DNA of 64,000 nucleotides from Eledone cirrhosa (Eukaryota): positions 33,852,001 through 33,916,000 of the forward strand of contig OZ024745.1 of assembly GCA_964016885.1 (NCBI GenBank). The letters are read 5' to 3'. The translations under genes and the position numbers were made by a program. Positions within the stretch are counted from its first letter, which is position 1; the number at the start of each line of letters is the position of its first letter. This document shows, piece by piece, positions 1-14,010 of this stretch. The notes beneath the pieces were generated by a model. That model was given only the letters and a program-made list of their open reading frames with translations, searched no databases and was not told where the DNA came from.

Positions 1-2
1 TA

Positions 3-840
3 AATAAATCTGAATGTAGATACACCCAGAACAAACGAAAAGCAGTCAGTGAATGTTCCCACAGGCAATATACTCCGAAAACAAAGCCAACAATAAACAA
101 AAGCCCCAGTAAATAAGACCCTCGAATGCCAAACTCGTAACTAATACACTGAATAAAACAAAGACAATTACAAACTAAATCTCTATACTAGATCCAAGAC
201 ACCATCCATAACTCCCACCTCAGACATCATCCGCATTTCCCTATATTCGCACATGTATATATTATAGTATCTCTTTAAAGACAAGGCGGATGTATTATTT
301 ACTTCAAGATCCGGCAAATGTGGCAGAACATTCAAATTGGATAACAAATCATATTTGGAGACCTGTTGTGAACGTTTGATTTGTACTCCTTATTTACGCA
401 CATGCACACATAAGCACGTACGCATGCATGTATACATATTCACATATACTAAGACACCAGAGACCTGAGATCGCATACACACAGATAGACACACGGACAC
501 ACACAATCACATACACACGCACGACTTGCAGACAAGAAAAGCTGATTTTAAAGTTGTGTGCATTGAAAAGCTTATTGTGTTTATATGTTAGTGGAAAGTG
601 GCGAGTTACTAAAGCTAGGGTTTTCTAGGCAATGTTCATGAAAACGTCCGTGTTGTGAAGTGAATAAAACCTGATTATCTCACACTTGCTGGGTCTTCTC
701 AAGAGGTTAGTGGCTGGAGGCATTCCCTATGTAATCTAGCGTCACATTGGACCTACATCTAGTTGACGTCTCCTTATATTAACAGTCAGATCTGCTGAAG
801 ATGTCAATGTCCAAGGATTGATCGAAGATTGACTTATGTA
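3..840 (+). mobile_element. Probable degenerate 3' end of a Penelope-like element
   Basis: Frame from base 3 reads NKSECRYTQNKRKAVSECSHRQ, resembling the C-terminal LNKRxExxSxCxH motif of the other PLE fragments here; degenerate HHR-like motif (ctgaaga...gaag) at ~784-834; then (TA)n. Confidence 0.35.
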
Positions 841-1070
841 TTCAAGCTAACATATATATGAGAGGTATTATATATATATAGATGTGTATATATGTGTATA
901 TATATATATATGAAAACAGGGAGAAAGAGACGATTATTGGGAAGAAAAATATTTTTTTTTCCTTTTTAGTTTGTCTCTTTTTTCTGGGTTAGAAAATGAT
1001 TAAAACGAAATGTTTTACTTTGTGTGAAGTGTTAAGGTATTAGTTGATTTATTTATTATTTAACAATGGC

Positions 1071-1117
<47 letters not shown>

Positions 1118-1123
<6 letters not shown>

Positions 1124-1317
1124 CGAGGGAAAAGTGGTAAGGAACCAGGTGGACCATAACGCACCAAAGTACTCAATACTTAGGGTAGTAGAGTGGGTAA
1201 TAGGGGTAAGTAAGACCCCTACGGCTGAGCTCAAGCCGTATCGACGGCTAATTCTGTACTCAGAATTAGCCGTCGATACGGCTTGAGCTCAGCCGTCGGG
1301 GTCTTACTTACTCCTAT
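1118..1317 (-). mobile_element. PLE-type 3'-end module (family B) with fold-back hairpin, in (TA)n
   Basis: Arms 1200-1256 and 1261-1317 are near-perfect reverse complements with a 4-nt loop; same family at ~27800-27865, 29001-29150 and 36990-37152. Confidence 0.7.
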
Positions 1318-1664
1318 ATATAATATATCTATATCTATATATATATATAGTAATAATAATAAATTTGAGTTAAGGGTGAAAGTACCGATTCTTTGCTTAA
1401 ACTTTAATCTGTTATTTTAATAAATATATATATATATATATAAAATATATATATATATAAAAAATATATATATTTATTATATATATATAATATATATATA
1501 ATATATATATATGTAATATATGCGTTGTGTCCTTGGGCAAGACACTTTATTTCATATCGCTCCTTCTATCTGGAGTTGCGACCGATAGAGTGTATTAGCA
1601 ATTGGAAAGACCAACAGAAACATTGTTTCGTCGGTCAGATCTGATGAAAGTCGATTGAGTGTCG

Positions 1665-1698
<34 letters not shown>

Positions 1699-2363
1699 CC
1701 AAAATTAAGATAATCAAAATTATGGGTGTCATGCCAGAAAGACATGCGCCATATCACCCGCAAAATAAGCTCTAAGATTCTAATGAATAGGTCCGAGCAT
1801 TTTATAATAACTAGAAATTGATTAACATATAAATAAACATGAATAATCACAGGAGATAATGTTTACAAGTGTGTAAGCACACATAGCTAGGTAGGTAACT
1901 AAATAAAGTTAACCTGAACTTCAAAAATAGATACCTTATAATATGATTAATCTTCCCTGTATATATTCCATTAAAGAAATATATTTCACCAATTAATCGA
2001 ATGGTAAACCATGGAGGCCGGTACTTAGTTATTATATATATATATATAACACAAGAGCAAGAATGGAGGGCTTATTCTACTGACATGGCTTTAAAAATGA
2101 GGATTGTTTGCATAATTGCAAACGAATCGAATGTTATTAATATTCGAAAAACTCAGATTACATTTATATATATATCTGAGAAAAACCACGAACCCTCCAT
2201 CTCAATTCCACTTTTGAAAAGCATAAGAACTGCGAAACCGGTAAAGGAACCAAATAAATATTCTTAAAAAGACTTCAGCTGCATTTTCGATTTCATCTTT
2301 TTTCCCGATACTTTCACTCGTGTAGGACATCTCGTTTTTTTTCATTTTGGAAAAAAACCCCTC

Positions 2364-2423
<60 letters not shown>

Positions 2424-2430
<7 letters not shown>

Positions 2431-2772
2431 CATATACTAGACAACTGAGGAAAGTGCAAGATGTAACTTGGAGGGAGCACAGAATAAACGAGTCTTTATA
2501 CAGTGACCTGAGACAGATTACAGACGTCATAAAGGTTAGAAGACTTGGTCTCATAACTCAGGTATGGTGAAGAGATCAGGCAGAGGCATTACACCAGTTA
2601 CTGCTATAGCATCCCACACATGGTAGAAGAAAAAGAGTCAGTCTCAGGCTACGTTTCTGGAGTGGTGTTTATAAAGACACGAATTTTAGTAAGAAAGAAA
2701 TCACAGAGGCCATGCTGGATAGAGACAAGTGGAGAAGTATAATTATCAACGTTGTCCGAGGAAACTCGACAC

Positions 2773-2832
<60 letters not shown>
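2424..2832 (+). mobile_element. 5'-truncated RTE-clade LINE 3' end with (GAT)n tail
   Basis: Translates to YTRQLRKVQDVTWREHRINESLYSDLRQITDVIKVRRL...EAMLDRDKWRSII, typical of the RTE C-terminus; has stops; ends in (GAT)n at 2773-2832. Confidence 0.7.
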
Positions 2833-3349
2833 ATGTCGATTAAACAAGTTCGAAGATGAAGTACAACGGTCGATATAATCGACTAAGGATCTTCATGTCA
2901 GTATCCAGCTTGGCCGCTGTCCGATGACTAGAACTAGAACTAGTAAAAAGGAATGATTAAATGACGCTATTGTTGGTGGCAGGAATATAATTGAACATCT
3001 CATTCACCAACTGTCTTCGATGTAAGTGATGTAGGAAATGTGTAGAAGTAATGTGATAAGCAGATTATGTGACTTGATAAGGGAAGACTAACTAAGGTCA
3101 ATACGAAGTAAATGAAGATTCGGATGACATATCTATACATTTTAATGCATTCTCACACTACATAGGATAAACTAATTTTCTGATTGTCTTCCGTGGTAAT
3201 GGATATCGTTGACATTTTCTGACAGACATGGCTAAATTAGGTTGGCAAGCGAGCAAGCCAGCCGATTAAGTAACTAACTGCGATGGAATATTGTGTTAAT
3301 ATTTCCAGACGACAACAGTGGCAAGTTTCAAATAAAATATTATTATTAT

Positions 3350-3432
<83 letters not shown>

Positions 3433-3697
3433 CATACAGTTTTAATTTTTAATTTTTTAATCTACTTGCACCCTAATACTAATATTGCCCTATCTTTCTT
3501 CCTTCTTCTTCATCTTCTTTTATAAAGTATCCTAATAATTACTTAAGTTTACCTAGCGTCTAAATATAACAATTCTTTCAGTCTGCGCTTCTACTTCATT
3601 TGCATATCCATCCTAAAGAATTCAAATTTTTCTCTTTTTCTTTTACTATCCAAACGGAACCTAAACCGATAAGGTCTGGTTTATAAAACAAATTTAG

Positions 3698-3760
3698 TAT
3701 TTTATCTGATGAGAGCGTACCAAAGTTTTTTGGTACCCGTGAAATATATATAATAAAATA
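3698..3760 (+). ncRNA. Type I hammerhead ribozyme (minimal stem III)
   Basis: tattttat-CTGATGA-stem II (gtaccaa/ttggtac)-GAAA-tatata-TA-ataaaata; 8-bp stem I; same family on the minus strand at 51466-51530. Confidence 0.75.
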
Positions 3761-3803
3761 AATATGGTTTTATAAATATAGTTTCCATTTATTAATATCA
3801 TTG

Positions 3804-3940
<137 letters not shown>

Positions 3941-6689
3941 TGTGTGTGTGTGTGCCTGTTTGTGTGTGTACGTGTGTGTGCGTGCGTGTATGTATATGTG
4001 TATGAATATATATATTTCATCAGACCCATACCGCTCAAAGAAGAGTAAAAATCATACAACTCTTTCCCGACTATATTCTAACACTCCTGACAAAACAAAC
4101 AATAACCTAGACAAATTACATGTATGTGGATAAAGGATGTCATTATGTTGCAGACGTCCTATTAAGTAGTTTATATAGTAATAATAATAGTGATTTTTTT
4201 TTTATTAACCACAAAGGGTTTACATTAAGAAAACATTAATGTTAGCACAGGACAAAAACATTGAGTGTCTGTGTGTGTTGGTGTGTAGGTTTTGCGTGTA
4301 GGCAAGTTTAACGAAATAAAAGGAAGTAACGCTAAAATGTATAACAATTGGTACTCAGGAAGATTCAGCGTGACACATCTATGACAACGTTAACTGGCCC
4401 TTTGAACTGCATGTTACAACCCATTATTGTCAACTGAGTGGACTGGAGCAACGTGAAATATATTCTCGTTAAAGAACACAACGCACTGCCGAGGTTCGAC
4501 CTCACGACCTTACAATGCCCTAACCACTAAGATATGTACCTTTACCTAGTCGTCAATGCGTGTCTTTTAAAACAACCACTGAGGAAACCAACGGGAAATC
4601 ACATCTACATTCTTCGTCCAAAATACCAAAAACATATAACGTCTTTGTAGGAAATTTTCTGAAGTCGCAGTTGACCTCACAGAGTAAGTATAGTAGAATA
4701 TCGTTTTGTTATTTCTGTGACTGTAGGGAGATTTGGTTGCTATTTCTTGCAGGTTTAGTGAATGTAAAGATCTCTTGTTTGTTCGATAATAGATGTTATA
4801 AGATCAATCCGCATTGAACAGTTTATAGTGGGTTATGATCACTAACTAACTGAATCGGTGCTTCCATTAAGGCCAACTAAGTAGCCACCTTAAAGAATCA
4901 CAGTTTTATACAAGTTTATATAATTGAATTAAATTTACTGCGATAAATAAATCACTAATTATCTTGGTCGCATATTGGTACTGTGGTAATATCCAGTTAT
5001 ATTGTGTTATGACTTCTGATATGATTTGGATTGAGGGAGTGTGGACTGTGTAGTGGAAAATGCAGATTTAGTAATTTTCTTACTGTTGTTAGAGCAGGAA
5101 GTCTAAAAACTAGCTTAATGGGGCATATAATTGGGGTAAGGGAGCGAACATTATAGAGCTAGCCTAGGGCGCCAGGTACAAAGAGCCGTCTCTATTCGTT
5201 AGATTTGACATTTCTTGTCTGTAAAATTGTATGCGTGTGTGTGTTCACTATGCCTATTTGCGCGTGTTTGTGTGAACGTGTGTATTTGTGTATGCGTATT
5301 TTCGCATGTTTGTTTGTGTGAACATGTGTGTCTATGTATGCGTACTTGCATGTGTGTATTTGTGTGTATGTATGTTTGTCTATGCGTATTTGTGACTATG
5401 TATTTATATTTGTTTGTGTGTGCTTACATGCGTATGTGACAAAATAGGAGTAAATAAAAATATTAGACAAAACAAAATAGACATGATGTTCTTTTGAATT
5501 TGTTTTAAAATTTCTTAAAAAACAAAATACACTTCAATGATGTCAATGGTTTTGCTTGGAGCTAGAATCATTTTTCTTTTACTTGTTAGTAATTTATTGT
5601 TTTACATCAAAGAAAGTTATTTCGACCAGTATTTTACTAAGAAAAGACTGCAAGACTTATTAAAAAGAAAAGAAAAAACCTCGTTTGAAACATTTTACTC
5701 ATCTCTGAATAGCCTTCATAATTACACAAAATATATCTGGAATTTCCGGGAAATTGACCGAGAAATCCTTTTATCTAAATTTAATTGAAGGTATGAAGAA
5801 AAAAACAAACATTTTAAGTTGTAAAATATATAGCTTCCTTTGAACTTTCAAAACACACGCGCAGTGCAATCATACGTATATACAATTTATTTGTATGTAC
5901 CCACACACGCATCTATATACATTTACACAAACACATAAACTGTTATATATACTATATACATAAACTGTTATATAAACTATAATATAAAAAAAAAAAAAAG
6001 CTGAAAAGATGTTCAAGTCATTGTATACACTTCTACTGTATGTTCCAGCATTACATTCATTCATAAATATCTGATCTAGGTTATGATCACTAAATCTTAT
6101 ATTTTTACGATAGGATTTCTTTATAACCAATCATTATATAGCGGTAGTGAAGGCGCTTGGAATGATGTTTGGGCTGAGCGGTGCGTTGCATTCTTTAGTC
6201 AGATTTTTCATTTCATGTTACTTTTTCATAAGAGGACTAGGGGATGCTAACATTAAAACACACGGGAAACCTATTATGAGATGCAAACTTGTAGGAGGTC
6301 AGAAAAAGCTGCATAGGTGCGAGCCACAAATTCCATATTTTTCATACAAGAAAACATGAAATTAGCTTTCCATTTGTTTTTACCCAATGTGATCTTAACC
6401 AAGGGCGGTGGAACTGGGAGGGAATGGCTCCGCTGGCCCCACCAATAATCATATTTTTCTCCCCCAAATACCAAAACACATATATTTATAGAGGGGGAGA
6501 GTTTGGAGATGGTAGATATAAAGAGGGGAATTGGAGGAGTGATTTGTATGTTAGATATAGAGGGGGAGAGTTTAGAGGTGATTGATATAGAGTGGGGGAT
6601 TGGGAGAGATATAGGGTGATTGGGATATATATATATATATATGGTGGCTGCCAACTCGTTTTCGAGTATGGCCACTACTTTATATCCAT

Positions 6690-7250
6690 GTAGGAGAACT
6701 CCTATCGATGCGCTGAACGACTGTGACTTTCTAGTCCAGCCAGCGACTTGAAAACTCTGGTACAAACACCACACTTGTGACAATTATTGACACATAGTGC
6801 TGGGCCCATGATACCATGTGACGACAAGTGCAGAGAGATCTCCAGATATAAAGCAATGCCTGTGCTGTGAAGCGTTTATAGTGAGGAAAGGCACTGCACA
6901 AAGCCAGTCCCACTCTCTTAACCAAGATGATATTTACCAAAAAGAAGAACAAGTCAACATCATTGGATACCATCAGGGTTGCAGGTGTTATATCAGAGTT
7001 TTCCTTCTCCTAGAATTCTGCCTTGACAAAGGCTAAGGGGTCATCTCTCCCGGTGATTTTGGATGGCCATTGACTCTTAAGAGCTCCTTTACCCTTTGAC
7101 AGGTTTTGTTTTTAGTCCTGCAGGATGTCCAAAGTCACCCTCCTCACCAAGAAACCTTGGTGGGGTTGCCAGTTTAGTCGCCAACGACCCGACCATGAGA
7201 CAGGTTGTACTGGGATACATGTTACCAGTAGCACCAACTGGTGACCTGAC
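6690..7250 (-). mobile_element. Interspersed repeat, probably RTE-related 5' region
   Basis: 7085-7235 is a diverged reverse complement of 47515-47665 (ctactggtaac...cccagtacaac...gggtcgttg...ggtgact); family assignment is inference. Confidence 0.4.
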
Positions 7251-7282
<32 letters not shown>

Positions 7283-7285
<3 letters not shown>

Positions 7286-7502
7286 GGGCGGTGGAACTGG
7301 GGATGGTGGTGCAGGGGGTCATGCCCCCTCCCCCAATATTTATATTTTCCTCCTCAAACTACCAAATTATGTACGTTATGTTTATTGCATAACGAAGTTT
7401 TCTTACCATTTTACAGTGCAGAGAGCTAAACTAATCACTACACCTAAATTGATTAATTTTGCCCCCCCCCCAGCCAGTTCAGAAATACTTCCACCACCCC
7501 TG
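7283..7502. mobile_element. MITE with CAGGGG termini (hAT-like TIRs)
   Basis: caggggcggtggaa at 7283 and ttccaccacccctg ending at 7502; a second left-end copy at 6400; no clean 8-bp TSD. Confidence 0.6.
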
Positions 7503-8595
7503 TTAACTGAAATTGCTTCATAGCTTTTGTCTTATTACAACATTAATGATAATTAAAAGAGAATAAAATAAAATAGAGTTCAGAGCGTCTAAGCGCCACC
7601 CACGACTGGATATATTGATATGTTGATATTTTGATATGTTATGTTGATATTTTTTTTAGCCGTCATACCGAGACAGAATATAGAATAAGAAATTGGAGAT
7701 AGTGTCCTCTTTAAATACCTGTAGATGCAACCTTTTGGAACTGTTTATCATATACAATTTTACGTAATCATGCAATCTTCATTCAAATTCAAATATTATG
7801 AGAACAAAATGAAGAGGAAACGACATTTTGATCTATGCTAAAAGTTAATGGTTAAAGTCTGTTTCAAACCCGACAGGTTATCTGGCCGGAGCTTATCTCA
7901 GTTTCATTGGAGTTAACCTCCAGATACTGCTGGTATTCGTTTTCAGATGAGTTTGCGGTATCAAAATGAAATGAAATGTTTCAATGAAGAACACAACGAC
8001 AACAATAAAAACGATGAAGAAATCAACGACGAACACAGCCACAAAAATGACCACAACATCAACAATGACAACACCACGAACAACTACAAACAAAAACGAA
8101 AACACCGATAACGACTAGGACGCCGACAACGGTGACAACTGAAGAATGTCTTTAGCTTATGAACCTTACACTGTCTAATCAGTTGTTCCGCTAGCAAACA
8201 CTCGTAGCTCACTACCTAAAGTTGATTCTAGCATTAAATAATCCAGTTCTAATACAATGAGAGAAGACACATAGATTAAATGTATTATCTTTCTTTCTTT
8301 TAGAAATACATATGTATGATGTTTGCATTTACATAATTGTCATTAAACAAACTGTTTCCAAGGGAGGATTAGTTGCTATAAACCTACACAAAATATTTCT
8401 TTTTATTCTTATTATCATATACTATATGTATATCTCACCGTTCTATCGTATATTTCTTTTTCTAAACAGAAAATATATAGTATAATGTATGACTGCATAA
8501 TACACTCAATACAACTATGATAACATGTAATTTATCGTCTAAGCCATCGACAGATCTAGGGAGGATTATCTTCTATAAATCTTATCCAAAATAAT

Positions 8596-8783
8596 AATTG
8601 TTTCTACTTTAGGCACAAGGCCAGCAATTACCCAGTGCATTACTGGTACTTTATTTTATCGACCCTGTAAGGATGAAAGGCAAAATCAACCTCGGCGGGA
8701 TTTGAACTCAGATCGTAAAGGGACGTAACTATGCTGGAAAGCATGGCGTCTGACCCTCTACCGATACTGCCAATCCACCGCCC
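8596..8783 (-). mobile_element. tRNA-derived SINE, full length, with 15-bp TSD
   Basis: Box A/B-like head (tggcagtatcgg; gagttcaaatccc), conserved central gcctttcatcct..ggggtcgataaa..agtacc domain; TSD cttatccaaaataat at 8581-8595 and 8784-8798. Confidence 0.9.
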
Positions 8784-8974
8784 CTTATCCAAAATAATGT
8801 TTCTTGTATAGTCACATACTATCTGAATTTCTCTCGGTTCTAACCCGTCTTCCTTTTCCCAAAACAGATTATGCATTGTACGACAGTGACATGTAATTTA
8901 TGTAGTCTCAGCCATCAACATATATAGGCAAGGTTACCTCCTATATATCTTATTCATTATAATAATGACTTTAA

Positions 8975-9165
8975 GGGCGGTGGATTGGCAGTACCGGTGG
9001 GACGTCGGACAACATAGAGTTGTGTCCCTTTACCTTCTGTCGAGGTTAACTTTGCCTTTCATCCTTACGGGTTAGATAATTAAAGTACCAGCGACGCATT
9101 GGCGGTTGATTTCATAGACCCCCCCCCTAAAAAAAGTCGTTTGCCTTGTGCCTAAATCAGAACCC
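8975..9165 (+). mobile_element. Same SINE family, diverged copy
   Basis: gggcggtggattggcagtaccgg...gcctttcatccttacggg...gccttgtgcctaaatcagaa. Confidence 0.75.
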
Positions 9166-9239
9166 TTTATAATAACATTTTTATACATATCCCATACATA
9201 CTATCTGGATTTGTTTCTGTTCTAACCTGTTTTTCTTTC

Positions 9240-9829
9240 GGAAGTACTCGGAATACTGCAGCAAGTGTACAGAGATGAGACGATTTCGCGCTCACAGGTT
9301 TTCGAGTAGCACAAAAGTTTCAAAGATGACCCCAGGAGCGGAAGGCCTTCAGCGAGCATGACTGAGGCCAACGTTGTGTGCGTAAGGCGCGTGGTGCATG
9401 ATCAACTTCTCGCTAGTGAGCTGGGTATGAACCGCGACAGCATTTGGAAGATTGCCACCAAAGATTTAGGCATGCGGAATATCTACTCGAAGATGGTGCC
9501 AAAGCTGCTGAACGATGACTAAAAGGAGCAGCGCATGTGGGTGTATCAGGACATCCTGGAGCGAGTTGAATCCGAAACAGACTTCCCGGGGAGAGTCATT
9601 ATCAGTGATGAGTCATGGATCTTCGAGCATGACCCAGAGACCAAGTGCCAGAGCCATCATGTGAAGAATCCCGGGAGAATCCTTCCATGGAAGCGTGACA
9701 GAGAAGGATGGGAAAGTGCGTTAGACTTGAGGGGGATTATGTTGAAGGGAAAAAACTTGTAGATTGTAGTTTGGATTTTGAAATATTTGTTGTGACCCCA
9801 GTCCTCTATCTTTTTTGACACACTTCATA
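9240..9829 (+). mobile_element. Mariner transposase relic, internally deleted
   Basis: DDPRSGRPS; KMVPKLL (WVPHEL-like); VIISDESWIFEHDPETK (first catalytic D); C-terminal WEKCVRLEGDYVE-like segment; stops and frameshifts. Confidence 0.85.
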
Positions 9830-9909
9830 TATTGGAAGTATAAATAAGCGTAATCCAGGAAATACAGATACAATAGAGACTTGTAATGCGGTATACAGTA
9901 TTAGTGAGA

Positions 9910-10075
9910 GAGGTGGATTGGCAGAATCCTTACAGCATCGGATAAAATGCTTTGTGGTATTTAGTTATGGCTCTTTATGTTATGAGTTTAAATTCTGCAG
10001 AGGTTAGCATTAATTTTCATACGTCTGAGGTCGATGAAATAAAGCACCAGTTATGTACTGGGTCTATATAATCGA
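9910..10075 (+). mobile_element. Diverged SINE copy
   Basis: ggtggattggcagaatc...gaggtcgatgaaataaagcaccag. Confidence 0.6.
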
Positions 10076-10499
10076 AATATTGCAGACCTTGTGTTTAATT
10101 TAGAAAACATTATATAGTCATAACCATCGAAATATCTCTTTCTTGTCAAGTTCTCAACGCGGTAAAAATACATAGGTTCTTCACTGTAATAAACTAACTT
10201 CCTAAAATCGTTATGGTAGATGCTGACTGCATTGCTATTGATTCTATTGATTCGTTTGCTGGTTTTAGTCATTTTACTGTGGCCATGCTGTATCACTGCT
10301 TTTAATGGATCCAGTCGATCATATCGACCCAAGTATTTATTTCTTCATGTCTGTTACTTATCTTTTCGCTCTCTTTTTGTCGAACTGCTTGGTTAGGAGA
10401 CATACATTCAGAAACAGACAATGATACACACACACATGCCCCTCTCTCTCTCTTTCACACATACACTCTCTCTCGCACACAAAAACACATACATATACA

Positions 10500-10650
10500 A
10501 CGGATCTCTGCAATTCCCGTCTACCTATTTTCATTACGAAATATTGGTCAACTCGAGGCTATAGTGGAAGACACTTGCTCATGGTGTCAATCAATGGGAG
10601 TGAACACGAAACCATATGGTTGTGAAGTGAACTCCTTAACTATACACCCA
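10500..10650 (-). mobile_element. CORE-type tRNA-derived SINE, diverged
   Basis: Reverse complement contains tggtttcgtgttcactccc...gagcaagtgtcttccactatagcc; related copy at 20828-20985. Confidence 0.55.
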
Positions 10651-10964
10651 TGTTTGCTTCTATGTCTAAGCAAACTGATTGTAAAGAGTGTTTAACATAT
10701 CACTTAAATATACTTGAAAACGCCAAACAACAGAATAACTTAATATTCTACAATACGCAAATCGTCACTTTGTTTCATAAAAGAAAATACAATTTTTTGC
10801 ATGCATAGTCCCGTAACTCCGAGGGAGTCGTAGGGGCATCGTATTTACATATGTCAATTCTAAGGCATTTTAAAACCTGGCGGAGCCCACCCTTCTCCAG
10901 ATCTGAATACAGCAGAAAAAGACAGAGAGTGAAAGAATGGAAGTGAGAAAGAGATATAGAGGAA

Positions 10965-11350
10965 AAATCGACCCCAGTACTAAACTGATACTTCTTTATC
11001 GACCTCGAATGGATGAAAGTCAAAGTTGACTTCGGTGGGATTTGAACTCAGGGAGTAGTAGCCAAAACGAATACTGCAAAGCAATCTATCCGACGTCCTA
11101 ACGACTCTGCCAATTCACTGCCTTAGAAAATTCATTGCTACAGACAAATTCTTGATATTATGTTAATTAGTTTTGGGCGGTGAATGAGTGAAAACGTTAG
11201 CGAGTCGGATAAAGGCTTAACTGTTTTTGTTCCGGCTCTTTTATTTCGATATCTATAAAATAAAGTACCAGTCAAGTACTGGAGTCAATATAATCGACAT
11301 TACTCTCTCTCCCAAATTGTAGCCTTTGTGCTCAAATTAGAAATCATTAT
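10965..11350. mobile_element. Two diverged SINE copies in opposite orientation (10965-11125 minus, 11175-11350 plus)
   Basis: Both carry the head and the taaaataaagtaccag/atcgac central motifs. Confidence 0.6.
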
Positions 11351-12650
11351 GTTGATTAGTTTCTCAAGATACCTCTCGAAGTAATTATTTAAACGTGATA
11401 AACTTAATGAATATTCACCAAGACGTAATCCAATAAATCTTGTTAATGCTTTAGTCAGAAGTGGGCGACAAAGACGCTATGGACTATTTAAAAACATCTC
11501 TGAATGTGATGAGAAGAAATATAGGGATACATTACAGCTAAAGAGTTGCTATAGTAAACAGGCAGTGTATTTAGATATACAGATTGAGTTCTTGGTGTTC
11601 TGGTCCGAATACCTGCGCAGCAGGCTTGGTATTGAAAGGCTAGATGTTAGTGTTAAATTGGGCAATAGTTTACATAATCAAGAACTGATAGTAATAAGAT
11701 GTTGAATATCATTGACAAAATATTTTTTAAATGTTTATCTCTCTTCCGAAATTTCTTCTAGAATGACTGTACGTACTAACCGAGAGTCTGTTCTTATACA
11801 AATTACATTTTTATTTCCTTTGCGTTAGGCAAAAGATCAGCAATTTTGAGATATGGGAATGCTGATTATATCGATCCACTACTTGACCGGTACTTTATTT
11901 TATCGACCTGCCAGCCTCTAAAAACCCAAACGGGGAGTACCATGAAAAATAGGGCCCCAAAACGGTCGAAATGATGCAAAATAGGAAGATTTTAAATAAT
12001 GAAACACATCGCTCACCCACCACATCCTTTTCTGTTCCCTTTAATAGTTTGTTTTGTTTATCTTAAATAATATTAATATGTTATCGACAACTATCGTCAA
12101 AGAAAAAAAAAAAAGAAAAACGTTTATTAATATTAATGGTAACATCGATAGAGAATACGGGAAACAAAAACGTCTCGTGGGGTTTAACAAGATTCAAATC
12201 TCACTCTAGTCGTTTTTACCTTTTATCCATACATGATGTATTCATTTGTATTTCTGTTGGTAGTGTTTTATGACTTATTTCTTGTCTCTCTCACTATTTA
12301 CACCACCCACACTCCCACCGTATAAACCAACCAAGTAGCTTTCAACAACATATCAACCTTTCCAATCGAGACTAATTACAACTAACCAAACTGCACATTA
12401 GACACCATAAGGAACCTTGCATAACCATACTCCAAAAATTTTCTTTTGAAATCATTTTTTCGTATGAAGTTCTATATCTTTTCATTCGAACCTGCCATAT
12501 ACAAAGACAAAGGTCAACTGTTGCTAATGAGGCCCCACTTTTGACTTCTCTCATTTATATCTTCTCTCATTGAGTATGTTTTACCCGTGTTTGTGTATGC
12601 ACCAAAGTTCACTCATACTTACATCCCACTCACTCATACACATATACATA

Positions 12651-12787
<137 letters not shown>

Positions 12788-13679
12788 CGAACACTGACCA
12801 CAGCACTGGTACTTTATTTATGGACTTCGAAAGGATGAAAGGTAAACCGGCATGTGTCGGATGAAACACCGAAGCATTTTTAATAAGACGCCCGAGCACC
12901 TCCACCTTATATATATATATGGGGGTGATGTATGTGCGTGTGTGAGTATGTATCTAGGCACATACCTATGTATGTGTGCATGTGTGTTCGTGTACGTGTG
13001 TGTCTGTGTTTCTATCTGTAGTGAAGTTCCATTTTGTCAAAAGATTTTACACAGAATTTGTCTCCCCATAGCTTGATCCGTTTAGCACATCACGTAATCA
13101 CTGGACTTCCAATTCGCTGTCAAAACCAGACATGAATATCGGCTCATACAGCCTGTCTAGTTCTGTATAACAAGTGACTATGTTTAACACTATTTTTAAC
13201 CAATCAATAATCAACTACTTGTGGTACAATTTGTTTAAGGCGTGTTCTTCCTTAGGAACGTTGATCTTGTCTAGAACATATCTGATGTTATATAAACCGG
13301 CAATATTCATTCATCGCCACAGTTGTATTCATTGCTGATTGATTCCATGTCGGATGGTGAGAAACTCGTATTTATACGTTCTAACATTTTTGCATGTTTG
13401 CGTATTGAAAATTCTTGTTCTTATCAATCAACCTTTTGTGACCTTTCTCTAAATTGGGGATACATCATGGGCTACTGAAGTTTGAACATAAAACAAAACA
13501 CTCAATAATACCAACAACATCAGAGCCGACAACTTACCATGACAAACGTTTAATCCAGACTGAAGTAGCAGGGCTCCTGAAAGAATTTCATTTAACACTA
13601 AATGTAGTTTAACCGATTGTTACTTGTGTACCTTTGTTACTTTAAATCTTTGTTAGATTTAGAGAGCAATAATAATAAT

Positions 13680-14010
13680 AATTGTTTCTACTTTTGGCAC
13701 AAGGCCAGCAATTGCCAAGTGTATTACTGGTACTTTATTTTATCGACCCCGTAAGGATGAAAGGCAAAGTTAACCTCGGCGGGATTTGAACTCAGAATGG
13801 CAAGGGCCGTAACTCTATGCGTCAAAGCATGGCGTCCGACTCTCTACCGATACTGCCAATTCACCAATGGTTTCTGATTTAAGCACAAGGACAGCAATTT
13901 TAGGGGGAGGAGAAAGTCCAAAAGATCGACCCCAGAACGTGACTGGTACTTTATTTTATCGACCCCGAAATATGAAATGCAAAGCTAACTTCAGTGGGAT
14001 TTCAACTCAA
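13680..14010 (-). mobile_element. Two adjacent SINE copies (13680-13865 near full length, 13867-14010 partial)
   Basis: Near-identity to the 8596-8783 copy. Confidence 0.85.

Noticed and set aside
7947-8140. Possible exon after ttttcag encoding an Asn- or Thr-rich peptide
   Set aside because: Degenerate (AAC/GAC)n repeat, stops within ~55 codons, no clear donor site or recognisable domain
8680-8783. tRNA gene (box A/B motifs)
   Set aside because: Head of a multi-copy SINE with TSDs; no complete cloverleaf
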